Source: an uncultured Chloroflexia bacterium (GTDB lineage Bacteria; Chloroflexota; UBA6077; JACCZL01). Taken from it: a stretch of 64,000 nt of DNA. The stretch is taken from positions 1-64,000 of the forward strand of contig CAVXYC010000029.1 of assembly GCA_963765765.1 (NCBI GenBank), in the 5' to 3' direction. Below, piece after piece: positions 61,759 to 64,000 of the stretch. The notes beneath the pieces are model-generated. The model searched no databases. It was not told where the DNA came from and saw nothing but the letters and a program-made list of their open reading frames with translations. The translations under genes and the position numbers were made by a program. Positions within the stretch are counted from its first letter, which is position 1. Each line of letters opens with the position of its first letter.

Positions 61759-63528
61759 CTAAAGTGACGGCTCAGGGCTCGGGTGAATCATTGCTCCATT
61801 TGTGGGGCCAGTGACCGCGGCGATGCGCTTGCGCTGCTCGAGGCCGTCCAGAATCTCGATGACGTCATCGCCCGTGAGATCCTCTTTGACAAGAAGCTCC
61901 TCGGCGATGGCGATGACCTCGTCGCGGTGATCGTCCAGGAAAGATTTCACCTTGGCGAACTGCTGGTCCAGAAGCCGCTCGATCTCGCGCTTGAGCTTGG
62001 GATCGGGCTGCGCCTCGTTAAACGCGAGATTGCTATACAGGCTGCCATTCATGCCGTACATTGCGATGTATGCGCCTGCGAGCCGTGTTGCATTCTGAAG
62101 ATCGCCACTGGCGCCCGTCATCTCAATGCCCAGGAAGAGCTGTTCGGCAGCACGGCTTCCAAGTGAGACCTGGATATGTGTCAGCAGCTCGTCTTTGGTC
62201 ATCGTGTAGATCTCTTCTTTCGGCTTCGGCACTGCGAATCCGAGAGCGCCTTCAACCTCACCGTGCCGCACGATCGTCACCTTCTCGAGGCGCTCACGTG
62301 GGAGTAGTTTGGCCATCACGAGTGCATGGCCTGTCTCGTGATAGGCGAGGCGTCGTTTGTCTTCTTGATTCATGCTCCGGATGGGCTGACGGAGACCCCA
62401 TTCGCGCATCTCGCGGGCTTCCCGGAGATCCTCGACCGTGACCATCTCGCGACCGGCAAAGTGCGAGACGACCACCGCCTCGTTGATGACAAACTTGATT
62501 TCAACGGGTGTGTAGCCAATCATCTCGGACGCTAGTCGATCGGTATCGAGCTTCGGGTCGTGCACGACCTTTGCCAGGTAGTAGTCGATCACTTCTTTGC
62601 GTCCGTCGAAATCTGGCGCATCCACCTTGAGCTTCCAGTCGAACCGCCCGGGGCGGAGCAGGGCTTGGTCAAGAACGTTGGCGAGGTTTGTCGCGCCCAT
62701 CGTGAGTACGGCCGGGATCTCGGCCTTCTTGGTGCGCAGTCCAAACCTCCGCAGCATGCGGGATTTCCAGTCCTGGTCATTAGGTGGCGGATCCATCTGC
62801 ATGAGCAGCTCGTTCAGAAGGCCTGAGCCACCGCCCATGCCCATGCCCATCATCCCGAAGCCTTGCTGTTGGCCACTTCGGGCGGCGCCGATGGCGTCGA
62901 TCTCATCGATGAAGATGATGCACGCCCCATACTTTTTGGCAAGCTTGCGTGCTTTGCCGAACAGCATCATGACGCGGAAGTTGCCGATACCCATGAACAT
63001 GTTCTGGAAGCTAGGCGCGCTGCAGTAGCAGAACGGAACGCCAGCCTCTGTGGCGATGCACTGAGCGAGATAAGACTTACCGGTTCCAGGAGGCCCGACG
63101 AGTAGCAGTCCGCGATGGACTTGCCCGCCCATTTGTCGAAATGACTTCACACCGCGAAGAAGAGTCACCACGCGTCGGGCGATCTCGAGAATCTCGGGAT
63201 TGCCGCGGTAGTCGCGGAAACCTACGCCCGTCTCGCCCGGCATGATCCAGTAGACGCGCGTCCTTCCTAGAAACCAGAACAGCGCCACGAACTGGATGAT
63301 CATAAACATGATCGCAAAGAAGAGCTGGAAGATCAGGTACGCGCCGAACAGAATGGCCGACGACCACTGCTCCCAGTTTTGCCAAACGAGGTAGGCGACT
63401 CCCGCGATCACCGCGACGGTGATCAGGAAGCGAATCAGCGCCCCAACGCGACCAAGGGTCACATCGATTTTGCGATCTAGCTCGTCGTAGTCGTCCTCGT
63501 GATAGATGCTGGCCTGTTTCACGGCCAT
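61759..63528 (-). CDS. FtsH-like membrane AAA+ zinc metalloprotease (paralogue)
   Basis: Two adjacent TM helices; GPPGTGKS, FQNMFMGIG, IFIDEID, ALLRPGRFD, HETGH, AAEQLF, TGASGDL. Confidence 0.9.
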   Translation of the reverse strand: MAVKQASIYHEDDYDELDRKIDVTLGRVGALIRFLITVAVIAGVAYLVWQNWEQWSSAILFGAYLIFQLFFAIMFMIIQFVALFWFLGRTRVYWIMPGETGVGFRDYRGNPEILEIARRVVTLLRGVKSFRQMGGQVHRGLLLVGPPGTGKSYLAQCIATEAGVPFCYCSAPSFQNMFMGIGNFRVMMLFGKARKLAKKYGACIIFIDEIDAIGAARSGQQQGFGMMGMGMGGGSGLLNELLMQMDPPPNDQDWKSRMLRRFGLRTKKAEIPAVLTMGATNLANVLDQALLRPGRFDWKLKVDAPDFDGRKEVIDYYLAKVVHDPKLDTDRLASEMIGYTPVEIKFVINEAVVVSHFAGREMVTVEDLREAREMREWGLRQPIRSMNQEDKRRLAYHETGHALVMAKLLPRERLEKVTIVRHGEVEGALGFAVPKPKEEIYTMTKDELLTHIQVSLGSRAAEQLFLGIEMTGASGDLQNATRLAGAYIAMYGMNGSLYSNLAFNEAQPDPKLKREIERLLDQQFAKVKSFLDDHRDEVIAIAEELLVKEDLTGDDVIEILDGLEQRKRIAAVTGPTNGAMIHPSPEPSL

Positions 63529-63540
63529 GTACGGGCCTCC

Positions 63541-64000
63541 CTACTGAACCCGAGCGATTTTTCCGCCACGGTCAAGCGTGAACACGTATGGAATGTAGAG
63601 TTGATCACTTCGGGACTGCGGCCCCCTTGTGAGCACCAGGTAGAAGTGCATGCTGGTCCCGTCGGCCAACTGTTGGCCGCCGATGTATGAAAAGTCCTCC
63701 AGCTTCGTTCCTTGATCACGAGCCGCGTCCATCTGTTGTTGAAGCTCCTGTGTTGTGGCGCCCCGCGCTCGAAATCGCTCCTGAGCTTCCGGTGCGAGAG
63801 CGGTCCACATGAGCTCCGCATTGAAGTTTTGATTTCCCTTGAGGTAGTTCTCGGTCGATGATGGCGCTTGGTGCGTTACGCCAGCAGACATCGGTGCACC
63901 GTTGTCACCTGAACGGACCGCCGTGTCCAACGGATTCATTTTGCCCGGGCTCAGCCATAAGTACCCGCCCGCTGCGCCGCCAAGAACCAGGATAACAAGT
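63541..64000 (-). CDS. Membrane-anchored hypothetical protein, 5'-truncated by the window edge
   Basis: Frame stays open to the window end with TM segment LVILVLGGAAGGYLWL; stop lies 12 bp before the FtsH-like start (GGAGG RBS). Confidence 0.7.
   Translation of the reverse strand, partial: LVILVLGGAAGGYLWLSPGKMNPLDTAVRSGDNGAPMSAGVTHQAPSSTENYLKGNQNFNAELMWTALAPEAQERFRARGATTQELQQQMDAARDQGTKLEDFSYIGGQQLADGTSMHFYLVLTRGPQSRSDQLYIPYVFTLDRGGKIARVQ

Overview
GC-rich bacterial chromosomal window. The gene content and style suggest an uncultured Chloroflexota-like organism (inference only). Many single-base frameshifts, including in housekeeping genes (smc, recN, tlyA, queA, comM, tldD), point to long-read indel errors rather than real pseudogenes. 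1-15.5 kb is an aromatic/organic-acid catabolic cluster: amidohydrolase, two paralogous Rieske oxygenase alpha subunits, a DpgC-like dioxygenase, MFS, orphan ABC ATPase, 3-His cupin, two paralogous extended SDRs, D-2-hydroxyacid dehydrogenase, ThDP enzyme and an ornithine cyclodeaminase-family protein, plus two inverted copies of a ~102-bp palindromic element. 15.7-32.5 kb is accessory: an AT-richer HEPN-motif (DUF4209-like) gene, topoisomerase IB, pyk, hydroxyacid-oxoacid transhydrogenase, comM, DsbA-like, amidohydrolase, alpha/beta hydrolase, and a rifampin-phosphotransferase-architecture kinase with a divergent TetR and twin operators. 32.5-64 kb is mostly core: tgt, DUF2905-queA, mutY, a multi-TM GAF-GAF kinase with an OmpR regulator followed by a phased repeat array and a small protein, XerD-like recombinase, secreted metallopeptidase, tRNA-Pro(CGG), mazG, FmdB-like, tldD/E, rnc-smc-ftsY-ffh, an RpoD-like sigma, tlyA-nadK-recN, AI-2E transporter and an FtsH paralogue. 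Best candidates for undescribed systems are (1) a DpgC-centred arylglyoxylate catabolic route, (2) a two-component/small-protein/sigma circuit linked by a shared RTYAC-N6-RTYAC repeat, (3) a stand-alone HEPN defence-like gene and (4) a TetR-controlled RPH-like kinase. All functional claims are inferences from motifs read by eye; no database search was run.
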